A stretch of DNA of 59,266 nt, taken from positions 1 to 59,266 of the forward strand of contig JAHJQX010000020.1 of assembly GCA_018818965.1 (NCBI GenBank). Direction: 5' to 3'. A program made the translations under genes and the position numbers. Shown in pieces: positions 26,244 to 37,123 of the stretch; the first letter of the stretch is position 1; each line of letters starts with the position of its first letter. The notes beneath the pieces are model-generated. The model did not search any database and had not been told where the DNA came from. It was given only the letters and a program-made list of their open reading frames with translations. Source of the DNA: Patescibacteria group bacterium (GTDB lineage: Bacteria; Patescibacteriota; JABMPQ01).

Positions 26244-26555
26244 TTATTTCTTTTTGTCGGTAAAAATCTTTGCAGCCGAGCGAACATTCTTGATCACCTG
26301 AGAAAAAGAAGCCACCGGCTTGAGAATACCATTATTAATGCTGTCGATAGTTTGCATCAGCGAAGAAACTGTATTGCTGGTGGAATCAACCACCGGATCA
26401 ATTTTTTCCAATTTTTTATTGACATCCTCGACTGTTTTTTTGGACTCTTGCACTACTTTAGCCAGTGCGTAGATTAGGTAGCAGATAAAAGCTGATACCC
26501 CAACTACGGAAATGGCGATTGCTCCGAGGAGGAGGTCAGTACTGTTGTCAATCAT
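26244..26555 (-). CDS. DUF948-like small membrane protein
   Basis: It has a single N-terminal TM helix and then a helical region (VQESKKTVEDVNKKLEKIDPVVDSTSNTVSSL..TIDSIN). It pairs with a YtxH gene, as in the Firmicutes ytx loci. Confidence 0.65.
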   Translation of the reverse strand: MIDNSTDLLLGAIAISVVGVSAFICYLIYALAKVVQESKKTVEDVNKKLEKIDPVVDSTSNTVSSLMQTIDSINNGILKPVASFSQVIKNVRSAAKIFTDKKK

Positions 26556-26668
26556 GATTTTTAGTGATTTATTTTAGTTTTTGTTATTCGAAAACGCACC
26601 ATAAACAATCCTATTTCTTTTTCATTATAGCATATTTCTCTATCTTTGTTAATAGTGTTTTTCCGCTA

Positions 26669-26696
26669 ATTTTGTGTTATATTAGACACAAAATTT
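26669..26696. promoter_or_regulatory. perfect 10-bp inverted repeat centred on a -10-like TATATT (candidate operator)
   Basis: AATTTTGTGT-TATATTAG-ACACAAAATT ends 22 nt upstream of the ATG at 26719, in a divergent intergenic region. Confidence 0.35.
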
Positions 26697-26718
26697 ACCA
26701 TCAGGTAATAATTTAAAG

Positions 26719-27630
26719 ATGAACCAAAATCAAGGAAATCTTACCCCCGAGGAAATCCGTCAACAGAGGGTTGAAGCAGAAAAAGCCAAAATTGCCAAAG
26801 ATTACGAACGTAAGCTTTTTGTGATCAAACACAAGAAAAAAGCAATGGCTTGGTTGAAGATGATTGGCCTAGCTTTATTGGTGGCCGGAATAATAGCTGG
26901 ATTAACTACTATCACGGTTAGGATAGTGCAATTCTTCAGTGATGGTGAGAAACCTGAACCAGAGGTGGTACAAGTAATAGATGAAACAGAAAAACCGCCA
27001 GCTGATTTTGCAGTTAAAATGACAGAAATTAAGCTGCTCCAACCGGTGGAGGGGACGACTACTTATGATGTCATGGCTAGAATTGTCAATGAAAATTCTG
27101 ATTGGGGAGTAAGCGAATTGGATTATACTTTCATTCTCAAAGATCGTTTTGACAAAGTGGTAGCGGAGAAGAAAGGGAGTTCTTACGTTTTGCCGAATCA
27201 GAGTAAACACTTGATCGAAGTAGGAATTAATACGGAGAGAATTGCGCAAAAGGTGGAATTGAAGATAAAAATGGAACAGATCCAAAAATTAAAGCAATTC
27301 ACCCTGCCAAATATGAAAGTAGTTGATAAAAGTTATCAAGTCGTTAACAAAAAAGGTAAAGTCTTGGGCGATGTTCTCAATGATAGCCCTTATTCTTTCA
27401 ATGAAGTTGAAGTGGGAGTTATTTTATTTGATAGCGCTGGGGAAATAATCGGACTGAATTTTACTAATATCAATTCGTTCGGAGCTGGTACTAAACGGTC
27501 ATTTGCTGCTGGTTGGAGTGAAGAAATTACTGGAGAGGTGACTCAGATTTATATTGAACCACAAATCAATATTTATAGTTCGGATGTGTTTATGAGTAGT
27601 TATGGCTTGGGCCAGAGTTTAGATTATTAG
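26719..27630 (+). CDS. hypothetical single-pass membrane protein
   Basis: 303 aa. The N-terminus is charged, the TM helix is MIGLALLVAGIIAGLTTITV, and the extracytoplasmic part looks beta-rich. I recognise no family. Confidence 0.75.
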   Translation: MNQNQGNLTPEEIRQQRVEAEKAKIAKDYERKLFVIKHKKKAMAWLKMIGLALLVAGIIAGLTTITVRIVQFFSDGEKPEPEVVQVIDETEKPPADFAVKMTEIKLLQPVEGTTTYDVMARIVNENSDWGVSELDYTFILKDRFDKVVAEKKGSSYVLPNQSKHLIEVGINTERIAQKVELKIKMEQIQKLKQFTLPNMKVVDKSYQVVNKKGKVLGDVLNDSPYSFNEVEVGVILFDSAGEIIGLNFTNINSFGAGTKRSFAAGWSEEITGEVTQIYIEPQINIYSSDVFMSSYGLGQSLDY

Positions 27631-27677
27631 TATCTCATCTTGCTTAGGGCGAGCGGTTCTCCACTGATAGTAAAATT

Positions 27678-28787
27678 ATGATTCAAATTACTAAACTAAT
27701 AAAAAAGTTGGACTGGTTGCTAGTGGCAGCTGTCGTTTTGTTGATCAGTTTGAGTATGGTGCTGATATATAGCACCTCGGGATCCACCACCGGCGAGTTT
27801 GATTTCTCCAATCTAAAAAAACAAATAATTTTTGCCGTTGTTGGCTTACTGTTTTTTATCCTAGCCTCTGTTTTTGATTACCAATTATTCAAAAATTATG
27901 CCTATCCTCTTTATGTCGCAATGATGTTGGTGTTAGTGGGGGTGTTGTTGTTTGGCACGGAGATCCGTGGCACCAAAGGCTGGTTTACTTTCGGCTCTTT
28001 CCAGATCCAGCCGGCGGAGATAGCCAAGGTAGTTTTGTTAATTATCCTCGCTCGTTACTTTGCTAGCATCACGGGCAAGATGAATACTCTCCGCTACGTT
28101 GTTATTTCTGGACTTATCACACTGATTCCAGCAGGCTTGATTATTTTGCAACCGGATTTTGGCTCGGCTTTAGTGCTAATTTTTTTATGGCTGGCCATGC
28201 TTCTTATTTCTGGCATTAAACGAATTTATGTAGCCGCCTTAAGCGGAGGCGGTTTTGCTATCGGGTGGATTTTGTGGAAATTTATTTTTAAGGATTACCA
28301 AAAAGAAAGAATCCTCACGTTTTTAAACCCAACCCGAGATCCACTTGGTTCTGGTTACAACATCATTCAATCTAAAATAGCTGTCGGCTCAGGGGGATGG
28401 TTAGGCAAAGGCTTAGGTTATGGCTCGCAAAGCCAGCTCAAGTTTCTCCCGGCGCAGCAGACTGATTTTATTTTTGCTGTCTTAGCGGAAGAGCTAGGAC
28501 TTTTGGGAGCATCACTGTTGTTGACTTTATTTTGTTTTCTATTACTGCGAATGATATTAATTGTTCGGCGAGCCCGTGATGACTTTGGTCTAATGTTAGG
28601 GGTGGGAGCCATCTTAATATTTCTCTTCCAAGTTATTGTAAACGTGGGGATGAATGTAGGTCTTTTACCGGTTACTGGTATCCCCTTACCATTGGTAAGC
28701 TATGGCGGTAGTTCACTTATTAGTATGTTAATATTAGTTGGAATATTGCAAAGCGTAGCTATCAGAAGTAAGAAATTGAAGTTTTGA
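27678..28787 (+). CDS. SEDS-family peptidoglycan glycosyltransferase (FtsW/RodA)
   Basis: 369 aa and ~10 TM. The motifs are FQIQPAEIAKVVLLI.LA, LQPDFGSAL, GSGYN..QS.IA.GSGG..GKG.G.G.Q..L.FLP...TDFIFA...EE.G and GLLPVTGIPLPLVSYGGSS. Confidence 0.9.
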   Translation: MIQITKLIKKLDWLLVAAVVLLISLSMVLIYSTSGSTTGEFDFSNLKKQIIFAVVGLLFFILASVFDYQLFKNYAYPLYVAMMLVLVGVLLFGTEIRGTKGWFTFGSFQIQPAEIAKVVLLIILARYFASITGKMNTLRYVVISGLITLIPAGLIILQPDFGSALVLIFLWLAMLLISGIKRIYVAALSGGGFAIGWILWKFIFKDYQKERILTFLNPTRDPLGSGYNIIQSKIAVGSGGWLGKGLGYGSQSQLKFLPAQQTDFIFAVLAEELGLLGASLLLTLFCFLLLRMILIVRRARDDFGLMLGVGAILIFLFQVIVNVGMNVGLLPVTGIPLPLVSYGGSSLISMLILVGILQSVAIRSKKLKF

Positions 28788-28852
28788 GTGATAATAATAG
28801 CCTTAAATATTATTACTTTTACCCATTTGTTGATAACTACGGACAAAATGTC

Positions 28853-28880
28853 TTGAAAAACTCTCCAGCTCTAGTAGAAT
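28853..28880 (+). promoter_or_regulatory. sigma70-like promoter candidate upstream of rplY
   Basis: TTGAAA-N16-TAGAAT, about 70 nt upstream of the ATG at 28953. Confidence 0.45.
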
Positions 28881-28952
28881 TGAGGATTGATATTTCACGA
28901 GCAGTGGAAACCAAACTTTTAGCTTCAATAAAAAGTGAATAATCTAAAATAA

Positions 28953-29687
28953 ATGTCAGATTTACAAATAAAAGCCACGGTTAGAGAAGAGGTTGGTAAA
29001 GGGTTAGTAGGGCTGAGGGCGGCCAACCAAATTCCGGGGATTTTTTATGGTGCCAAAAGCAAACCAGTTTCACTATCAGTTGGGTATTTGCCTTTTAAAG
29101 AAGTTTTTCAGGAAGCAGGGGAAAATACGATAATTGATTTGGATGTCGATGGCCAGAAGAAAAAAGTACTAGTGAAAGAAGTGCAATATCATCCTACTAC
29201 TAGCAATTTTATTCACATCGACTTTTTTGAAGTAGATGTCACCAAGAAAATTACGGCGGCCATTCCGTTGGAATTTACCGGTGAATCCAAGGCGGTTAAA
29301 GATAAGGGCGGTGTGTTGGTGAAAAGTATTGACGAATTAGAAGTAGAATGTCTGCCAGCTGATTTGCCCAAGAATATCACGGTTGATATTAGCTCACTTA
29401 ATACCTTTGATGATGTTATCAAGATAGGTGATTTAGATATATCAGCCGCTGTCAGTGTCTCGCTGGATAAAAAGAATGTTATTGCTACCGTCACCCCACC
29501 GCGGTCGGAGGAAGAATTGGATGAGCTGGATGAGGAAGTCAAGGGAGATGTTGAAGATGTTGAAGGCGTCAAGAAAGAAGAACCAGCCGAGGGCGAAGAA
29601 GGGGCTGAAGAAGGTGTTGCTGACAAACCGACCGAGGAGAAGCCAGTCGAGGAAGCCAAGAGCGCTGATGACAAAAAGAAAAAATAA
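28953..29687 (+). CDS. rplY: 50S ribosomal protein L25/general stress protein Ctc, with an acidic tail
   Basis: The N-terminus is LQIKATVREE.GKG....R.A.QIPGIFYG, followed by a two-domain Ctc form and a C-terminal E/K/D-rich extension. Confidence 0.9.
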   Translation: MSDLQIKATVREEVGKGLVGLRAANQIPGIFYGAKSKPVSLSVGYLPFKEVFQEAGENTIIDLDVDGQKKKVLVKEVQYHPTTSNFIHIDFFEVDVTKKITAAIPLEFTGESKAVKDKGGVLVKSIDELEVECLPADLPKNITVDISSLNTFDDVIKIGDLDISAAVSVSLDKKNVIATVTPPRSEEELDELDEEVKGDVEDVEGVKKEEPAEGEEGAEEGVADKPTEEKPVEEAKSADDKKKK

Positions 29688-29705
29688 TTTATATTTTTTA
29701 CAATT

Positions 29706-30020
29706 ATGGTTAAAAAGTCTATTACTAAGATAAAGGAAGCAGAAAACAAAGCCGAGAAGACTGTGGCCGAAGCCGAGAAGGCAGTGACCAACGATGTTGT
29801 GGCCGAAAAAAGGAAGTGGGAGAAAGAATTAGAAAGAATAAAAGAAGCCGAAGAAGTTAATTTGGTCAAAAAACTAGAAGTTGCCAAGAGGGAAGCCACC
29901 AGCCTAAAAAAGGAACGAGAATCAGAAATTAGCGGTAAAATATCAGCCGTAGAAGATAAGGCCAAAACCAACGTGGACAAAGCTGTTCAACTCTTGGTTG
30001 ACAAGATGCTGGCAGTTTAA
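29706..30020 (+). CDS. V/A-type ATPase peripheral-stalk subunit (G/H-like)
   Basis: This 104-aa all-helical K/E/A-rich protein (IKEAENKAEKTVAEAEKA...) lies directly upstream of subunit I. That is the position of the small stalk subunit in G-I-K/L-E-C-F-A-B-D operons. The assignment rests on position and composition. Confidence 0.55.
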   Translation: MVKKSITKIKEAENKAEKTVAEAEKAVTNDVVAEKRKWEKELERIKEAEEVNLVKKLEVAKREATSLKKERESEISGKISAVEDKAKTNVDKAVQLLVDKMLAV

Positions 30021-30023
30021 GAT

Positions 30024-30051
30024 CGCGGTTTGTAAGTAGCCGTGTTTTTTT
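30024..30051 (+). terminator. weak hairpin plus T7 tract between the stalk-subunit gene and ntpI (attenuator or terminator candidate)
   Basis: CGCGGTT/AGCCGTG forms 7 bp including two G:U pairs, with a 7-nt loop, followed by TTTTTTT. Confidence 0.35.
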
Positions 30052-30077
30052 GTAAGTAAGATCGTAAAAATATTACC

Positions 30078-32065
30078 ATGGCAGTCGCCGAAGTAAAAAA
30101 AATAGGCATCGTTGCCCATAAGAAAGACAAAGAAAAAGTCGTCGACTTTTTGTATGGCACGGGTCTCTTAGAGGTGACTAATTGGCAGGGTAAGGCAGTT
30201 AAGGTAGAAGCAGCTGAGTCTGAAGAAGATGCCAGCCAACTGGAATATAAGTTATCAAAGTCTCAGTTCGCGATTGGCTTTCTAGAAGAATATAAAGATG
30301 AGGAGAAGGTAAAATTAGTTGATAAACTAATTAGTGCTAAGCTACCAATGTCAGCTAGTAAAGTAGAAAGAATCGCTAAAGAATTTCCGATTGATAAAGT
30401 AGTGGATCGTTGTAACGAGTTGGAAGAAGAGATCAACCAGAAGCAGTCGGGAATCGATAGCTCAACCGAAGAAAAGGAACTCCTAGAGAAGTGGGTGAGT
30501 TTGGATGTGAAAGTTGCTGAAGCTCGCGAGACCAAGACTACCAAGGCTATTTTTGGGATGGTAGATAGTGAGCAATATTTAGCTTTCATTCGTGAGCTGG
30601 AAAAGAAGGTAACCCAAGTTGATATCCGAAAAGTGACTAATGATGAACAGCAGAATTATGTTTTGGTGATTTTTAATAAGAATTTTGAGCGGGAAGTTAG
30701 CAAAATTTTGTTCAAATATGGGCTGGAGAAAGTGAGTTTACCTTCCGCCGATAAGACTCCCCGTGAACTGTTGGAAGATTTGTCAGAACGCAACCGAGCT
30801 CACCGCAAAGACATTAAGAAGCTAAAGTCTGAAGCGAAGAAACTGGCTAAAAAATACTTAGCGGAGCTCAAAGTATTATTCGATCATATCACTTGGCAGG
30901 TTGATAAGACCGCCGTTCAGAAAGATTTTAAAGAGACTAATAGCACATTCATAGTAACTGGTTGGATGAGGAAAGATGATATTAAGCGGGTGAAGATAGG
31001 ATTAGAGAAGATCACAACTAACTTTGTTATCGAAGAGATGGAGCTAGAAAAAGGCGAGGAGGCTCCCGTGATTATCCGGAATTCTTCCTTTATGCGACCG
31101 TTTGAAGCGGTGACTAGTATTTATGGCTTACCTAAGTCTTCAGAAGTGGATCCAACCCCTTTCTTATCAATATTTTTTATAATCTTTTTTGGTTTGTGCC
31201 TGACTGATGCTGGCTATGGTTTAGTTTTGATGGTTCTGACCTATTTAGCAATTAAAGTTCTCAAGATCCCCAAGGAAAATCAGCGACTACTGCGACTTTT
31301 GATGTATGGCGGGTTTGTTACTTTCATTATTGGTGCTTTGACTGGTGGCTGGTTTGGTCTAGTTTTAGATGAGCTGCCAGCCAGTTTGGGTTGGTTGAGT
31401 AAAGGTCTGATAGCGATTAGACTGATTAATCCGATCGAAAATCCAATCGTGATGCTGGGACTGTCGTTCGCCTTAGGTTATATCCACATTATCTATGGCA
31501 TTGCGATTGATATGTGGTGGAAGATCAAAAATGGCGATGTTAAGGATGGTATTTTAGATAGTGGCACCTGGATTTATTTTTTGTTGGCTATGGGTTTCTA
31601 TGGCGCAACGGCAGCTGGCGTCCTACCCGAGAGTCTGAAGTCGGTTTCATTGTATCTATTGTTAGCCGGTGTAGTGGTATTAATATTGACTCAAGGACGT
31701 AAGCAGAAGAATCCGATTATGAAGTTGCTGGCGGGTGTTGGTAGTTTGTATGGCTTAGTGGGATATATGAGTGATATTCTGTCCTACTCGCGCTTGCTGG
31801 CCTTGGGATTAGCAACGGGTGTAATCGCCATGGTGATAAACTTGATCGCCGTGATGTTCAAAGATATGGTGCCAGTATTTGGCTGGGTACTGATGGTGCT
31901 GATTATTATTGGTGGTCACATTTTCAATATTGTGATTAATGTGTTGGGTGCTTATATTCACTCCGGACGATTGCAGTTTGTGGAATTTTTCCCCAAGTTT
32001 TTCCAAGGGGGCGGTAAGATTTTCCGACCATTCAAGCGGGTGAGTAAGTATGTGGATTTGAAGTC

Positions 32066-32069
<4 letters not shown>
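30078..32069 (+). CDS. ntpI: V/A-type ATPase subunit I (membrane a-subunit)
   Basis: 663 aa. The N-terminal half is a cytoplasmic coiled coil and the C-terminal half is multi-TM, with LSYSRLLALGLATGVIA (the essential Arg helix) and HIFNIVINVLGAYIHSGRLQFVEFF. Confidence 0.9.
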
Positions 32070-33009
<940 letters not shown>

Positions 33010-33022
33010 TTCTAGTCAGTTC

Positions 33023-33193
33023 GGCTAGTCGTCTTAGTATATCTAGAAAACATGTCAGATTTCCCCAGCCTGCCTGCCGGCAAGCAGGCTGGGGAAATCC
33101 AACTCGGCTTCCGGCCTTGCTCTCCCGCCGAAGGCGGGAACCGTGCCTGCAAGGTCTCCAGACAGTTTTCTAAATACACCAAGGCGACTAGCC
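33023..33193 (+). repeat. GC-rich palindromic/structured insert A (CCTGCCTGCCGG family) between ntpK and ntpE
   Basis: The outer arms are GGCTAGTCG (33023-31) and CGACTAGCC (33185-93). A 42-nt near-perfect palindrome GATTTCCCCAGCCTGC-CTGCCGGCAA-GCAGGCTGGGGAAATC spans 33058-33099. A second hairpin is TCCCGCC-GAA-GGCGGGA (33123-39), nested in GGCCTTGC/GCAAGGTC. Confidence 0.55.
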
Positions 33194-33227
33194 ATCCAAT
33201 TTTGGAAAAGTTGTAATTATATAAAGA

Positions 33228-33794
33228 ATGGCATTAGAAGATATTACAAAAACAATTACAGAGGAAGCTCAGGCAGAAGCGAAAAAGATCAAATCGGCTG
33301 GCGATAAACAGGTGGCTGAGATTGTGACTGAGGGTAAAGAGAAAGTAAAAGCTGAGGAAGTCAAGATCAATCAACGGATTGAGAAAGAAGTGCAGAAGGT
33401 CATGGAACGGGTTAAGTTTCAAACCAACATTGCGGAGAGAAATCAATTAGTGGCAGCCAAGCAGAAAATCGTTGGCGAAGTTTTTGCTAAAGTTCTTGAG
33501 CAAATGAGTGGTCTCGATGAAAATAAGTACGTTGAGTTTGTTACTGGCCTAGTCAACGGACTACCTGACGTGGCTGAGGGTGAGATTGTACCGGTCGCCG
33601 GCAAAGAAGAGTTGACTAAGCGGATTATTGATGGCAGTCAGAAGAGTTTTGCCGTGTCAGCTGATTCTATTCCGGGTGTAGGCGGATTTATTTTTCGCTC
33701 GGAGAACATCGAGATCAATAACACCTTTGCTGCCCTGCTAGATGAGAAAAAAGGTGATTGGGAGATCGAAGTCTCCAAGATTTTGTTTGCTTAG
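33228..33794 (+). CDS. ntpE: V/A-type ATPase subunit E
   Basis: 188 aa. It has a long N-terminal K/E/A helix (ITEEAQAEAKKIKSAGDKQVAEI...) and a globular C-domain, in the operon position after K. Confidence 0.85.
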   Translation: MALEDITKTITEEAQAEAKKIKSAGDKQVAEIVTEGKEKVKAEEVKINQRIEKEVQKVMERVKFQTNIAERNQLVAAKQKIVGEVFAKVLEQMSGLDENKYVEFVTGLVNGLPDVAEGEIVPVAGKEELTKRIIDGSQKSFAVSADSIPGVGGFIFRSENIEINNTFAALLDEKKGDWEIEVSKILFA

Positions 33795-33804
33795 TATTCT
33801 TTAG

Positions 33805-34809
33805 ATGATGACTAAATCCCAATATTTATACGCTACCGGTCGAATACGTAGCCTAGAAACTAAGCTACTATCCACCAGTGATATGGAGCGCATGATTGAT
33901 GCCAAGGACGCCACCATGGCTTTTAAGGTCTTTAATGATCTTAGCTATGCGGACGAGCTAGCTGACATCGAGAAGCCAGAGGAATACCAAGCGGTTCTCA
34001 ATCATGACCTGCAGCAGGTAAAGGATGTCTTAAAGCAAATAACGCCAGATTCTAGGGTGATGGATCTACTCTTTTCTCGCTATGACTATCATAACATCAA
34101 GCTTTTTCTCAAGGCTAGGATTTTAGAAAAAGATCTAAGCAAATATGAGTCTAATCTTGGCAATATTGATCCGGAGCGTTTACGAGACTATATTATTAAA
34201 GACACCAAAACAGCTATTCCAGCCGAGATTGAGGAGGTGATTCGGGAAGCCAAGAAGGAATTTGATAAGAAGGACGTTGGTGGCTACATAATTGATTCAT
34301 ATATTGACGGAAAGTATTTTGCCAGGTTAAAAGAATTAGCCGAAAAGTTAAATAATAGCTTTACTACCAGTCTAGTCAGGAACTGGATCGATATCGCCAA
34401 CGTGAAGTTATTTCTGCGTGCCAAGAGATTAGAGTTAGAATTAGAAAAATTCCAGAGCTATTTTATTGCGGGCGGTAATATTTTAGCTTCTAGCTTGGTG
34501 AATTATTATGGCAAAGATCTGAAAGAGGCAGTGACGATTTGTTCACGCGGTTTTGAAGACGCGGCAGTAAAAGAGGCGATCAAAGATTATGCCGAAGGTG
34601 GCGAGCTGTGGAAAATGGAAAAAGCTTTCGAGAACTATGAGATTAAGTTTATTCAGCAGGCCAAATACATTGCCTACGGACCAGAGATTGTATTGGCCTA
34701 TTATTTGGCGAAGAAAAACGCCGTGCGCAACGTACGTTTGATTTTTACGGGCAAGTTAAATGATTTGCCTAGCGGTGAGATTAAAGAACGTGTCAGAGAA
34801 ATATACTAA
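33805..34809 (+). CDS. ntpC: V/A-type ATPase subunit C (eukaryotic d homologue)
   Basis: 334 aa. YLYATGRIRSLETKLLS, DYHNIK.FLKA and N.VRLIF.GK are typical AtpC/NtpC features. Confidence 0.85.
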   Translation: MMTKSQYLYATGRIRSLETKLLSTSDMERMIDAKDATMAFKVFNDLSYADELADIEKPEEYQAVLNHDLQQVKDVLKQITPDSRVMDLLFSRYDYHNIKLFLKARILEKDLSKYESNLGNIDPERLRDYIIKDTKTAIPAEIEEVIREAKKEFDKKDVGGYIIDSYIDGKYFARLKELAEKLNNSFTTSLVRNWIDIANVKLFLRAKRLELELEKFQSYFIAGGNILASSLVNYYGKDLKEAVTICSRGFEDAAVKEAIKDYAEGGELWKMEKAFENYEIKFIQQAKYIAYGPEIVLAYYLAKKNAVRNVRLIFTGKLNDLPSGEIKERVREIY

Positions 34810-34810
34810 A

Positions 34811-35134
34811 ATGGAACACAAAATTGGTATAATCGGCAGTCACGAAGAAATACTCGGATTTAAAACCTTGGGTCTGGTGCCTTTGGCCGTGCGCAAGAAA
34901 GAAGAAGTTATTACCAAGCTTGATGAGTGCATTGAGAAGAAAGAATACGCGGTGATTTTTGTTGTCGAAAACTGGGCCGAGCAGGTAGAAGAAGAATTAC
35001 TCGAACGCTCACGGGGTGCTTTGCCAGCCGTGGTGACAATCCCGGGTTATGCTGGCAGCAAAGGCATGGGCGAGAAGAAACTACGCAAGATTGTGGAACA
35101 AGCGGTAGGTAGTGATATATTATTTAAAGACTAG
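34811..35134 (+). CDS. ntpF: V/A-type ATPase subunit F
   Basis: MEHKIGIIGSHEEILGFKTLGL....V......KL.E......YAVIFV.E matches subunit F. I take the start at the ATG at 34811; the track's 34760 start would overlap ntpC by 50 nt. Confidence 0.85.
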   Translation: MEHKIGIIGSHEEILGFKTLGLVPLAVRKKEEVITKLDECIEKKEYAVIFVVENWAEQVEEELLERSRGALPAVVTIPGYAGSKGMGEKKLRKIVEQAVGSDILFKD

Positions 35135-35138
35135 CCAT

Positions 35139-35249
35139 TTATTACTTTATCATAACCACTTTGCTGGCAGTAAGCTTTTTTAGAAGGAAACTTGCGATGT
35201 CCGCCTGCCTGCCGGTAGGCAAGGCTCAGCGATTATGACAAAGTAATAA
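35139..35249 (+). repeat. GC-rich structured insert B (CCTGCCTGCCGG family) between ntpF and ntpA
   Basis: The outer 17-bp arms are TTATTACTTTATCATAA (35139-55) and TTATGACAAAGTAATAA (35233-49), with one mismatch. The core contains CCTGCCTGCCGGTAGGCAAGG (12-mer at 35204-35215). Confidence 0.55.
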
Positions 35250-35281
35250 AAATATATAAACAACTAATTCATTATTAAGAA

Positions 35282-37072
35282 ATGAACGAAGATACAAAAC
35301 AAGCAGAGACAAATCCTGACCAAGGAATTATTACTAAAGTTTCTGGTCCATTAGTCGTTGCCAAAGGCATGAGTGAGGCCAAGATGTATGAGGTGGTCAA
35401 GGTGAGTGAAGAAAAGCTCATTGGTGAGATCATTGAGCTGGAAGGTGACCGCGCTTCTATCCAGGTATATGAAGAGACGGGCGGTCTTGGACCGGGTGAC
35501 CCAGTTTATCGAACTGGCAGTCCACTATCAGTAGAATTGGCTCCAGGATTGATGGAATCTCTTTATGATGGTATCCAGCGACCACTGAACTTAATTCAAG
35601 AAAAAGCGGGCGACTTTATCACGCGTGGTATTGAAGTGCCAGCGATTGATCGCGATAAGAAATGGGGATTCAAACCGGTGGTGAAGGTTGGCGATGAGGT
35701 AGTTCAAGGCGACACTCTAGGGACAGTTGATGAGACCACTCTAGTTGAACACCGGATCATGGTGCCTAAGGGGGCAGTGGGCAAGATCAAGGAAATAAAG
35801 AGTGGCGAATTTACAGTCGAGGAGACAGTAGCCGTAATTGCGGGCGAAGATGGTCAGGATGTTGAGGTTATGATGCTGCAAAAATGGCCGATTCGTGAAC
35901 CGCGACCGGTAGCTTCTAAGTTAGTTCCGACCGAGCCCCTGATTACTGGTCAACGCGTAGTAGATACTTTCTTCCCAATCGTAAAGGGTGGTGTGGGTTG
36001 TGTGCCGGGACCGTTTGGCGCGGGCAAAACAGTAATTCAGCATCAATTTGCCAAGTGGGCCGATGCGGACATTGTGATCTTTATTGGTTGCGGCGAGCGT
36101 GGTAACGAAATGACAGATGTGTTGATGGAATTCCCGGAACTTAAAGATCCTCGCTCCGGTGAACCACTAATGAAACGAACAGTTCTAATTGCTAATACTT
36201 CTAATATGCCAGTGGCGGCGCGTGAAGCTTCGGTTTACACTGGTATTACTTTGGCCGAATATTATCGGGACATGGGTTACAAAGTAGAGCTGACAGCTGA
36301 TTCGACTTCTCGTTGGGCGGAAGCGCTACGAGAAATCTCGGGACGACTAGAAGAAATGCCCGGCGAAGAAGGTTATCCAGCCTACTTAGGTTCGCGGACG
36401 GCAAGTTTTTACGAACGAGCGGGCAAAGTACGGTGCCTGGGTGGTGAGAAGCGGGAAGGATCACTCAGTGTCATCGGTGCTGTTTCTCCTCCAGGTGGTG
36501 ACTTGTCCGAACCGGTGACACAGAATACTCTACGCGTGACCAAAGTATTTTGGGGGTTAGATGATGATCTAGCTAACCGACGACATTTCCCGGCTATTAA
36601 TTGGTTGAATAGTTATTCACTATATTTGGAAGATGTTAATGACTACATGAAAAAAGAAGCGGGCAAAGATTGGCCCGAGATGCGTGGACAGGCGATGCAA
36701 ATTCTTCAGGAAGAAGCCAGTCTGGAAGAAATCGTTCGCTTGGTGGGTATCGAAGCCTTGTCTCCGAAAGAACAGTTGTTACTTGATACCGCCAAGGCTA
36801 TTCGCGAAGATTATCTGCAGCAGGACGCTTTTGATGACGTTGATTCCTACGCTTCGCTGAAAAAGCAATACTGGTTGCTTAAAGCGATCATGACTTTTCA
36901 CAACAAAGGTACGGAAGCAATTGAGAAGGGCGCTGAGCTTAAGAGTCTACAAGAATTACCGATCAAAGAAAAAATTGCTCGGGCGCGATTTATTCCTGAG
37001 GAAAAATTGGCCGAAATAGAAAAATTGGTTGATGAGGTAATGAAGGGGATTGAGGGTGTAGCGAAAAACTAG
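35282..37072 (+). CDS. ntpA: V/A-type ATPase catalytic subunit A
   Basis: 596 aa. The Walker A is GPFGAGKTV. It also has the A-subunit non-homologous insert, GERGNEM and [10 protein letters not shown]. Confidence 0.97.
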   Translation: MNEDTKQAETNPDQGIITKVSGPLVVAKGMSEAKMYEVVKVSEEKLIGEIIELEGDRASIQVYEETGGLGPGDPVYRTGSPLSVELAPGLMESLYDGIQRPLNLIQEKAGDFITRGIEVPAIDRDKKWGFKPVVKVGDEVVQGDTLGTVDETTLVEHRIMVPKGAVGKIKEIKSGEFTVEETVAVIAGEDGQDVEVMMLQKWPIREPRPVASKLVPTEPLITGQRVVDTFFPIVKGGVGCVPGPFGAGKTVIQHQFAKWADADIVIFIGCGERGNEMTDVLMEFPELKDPRSGEPLMKRTVLIANTSNMPVAAREASVYTGITLAEYYRDMGYKVELTADSTSRWAEALREISGRLEEMPGEEGYPAYLGSRTASFYERAGKVRCLGGEKREGSLSVIGAVSPPGGDLSEPVTQNTLRVTKVFWGLDDDLANRRHFPAINWLNSYSLYLEDVNDYMKKEAGKDWPEMRGQAMQILQEEASLEEIVRLVGIEALSPKEQLLLDTAKAIREDYLQQDAFDDVDSYASLKKQYWLLKAIMTFHNKGTEAIEKGAELKSLQELPIKEKIARARFIPEEKLAEIEKLVDEVMKGIEGVAKN

Positions 37073-37123
37073 GTTATAGGTGTTAGGCATTAGGTTTTAG
37101 GTTAAATAAATTTTGAAAAATAT

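Noticed and set aside
29213-29980. A 255-aa Ser/Leu-rich ORF on the minus strand spans rplY and the V-ATPase stalk gene.
   Set aside because: It is antisense to two well-supported genes. Its low-complexity S/F/L composition is what the complement of GAA/AAG/GAT-rich (E/K/D) coding sequence produces. It has no start-site signals.
33023-33193. Insert A might be an SRP (4.5S) RNA or another known housekeeping ncRNA, because of the CCGGAAG-like sequence on the reverse strand.
   Set aside because: Only a short chance resemblance to the SRP domain IV motif is present. There is no symmetric or asymmetric loop arrangement or GNAR tetraloop, and the location inside an ATPase operon with a related copy 2 kb away fits a repeat element better.
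33052-33216. A 54-aa ORF (MSDFPSLPAGKQAGEIQLGFRPCSPAEGGNRACKVSRQFSKYTKATSHPILEKL) spans insert A. A 13-aa ORF (MSACLPVGKAQRL, 35197-35238) lies in insert B.
   Set aside because: Neither has a Shine-Dalgarno sequence. GC-rich palindromes lack AT-rich stop codons by composition, so open frames are expected by chance. The two peptides share only the residues encoded by the repeat core. Translation cannot be fully excluded without ribosome profiling.
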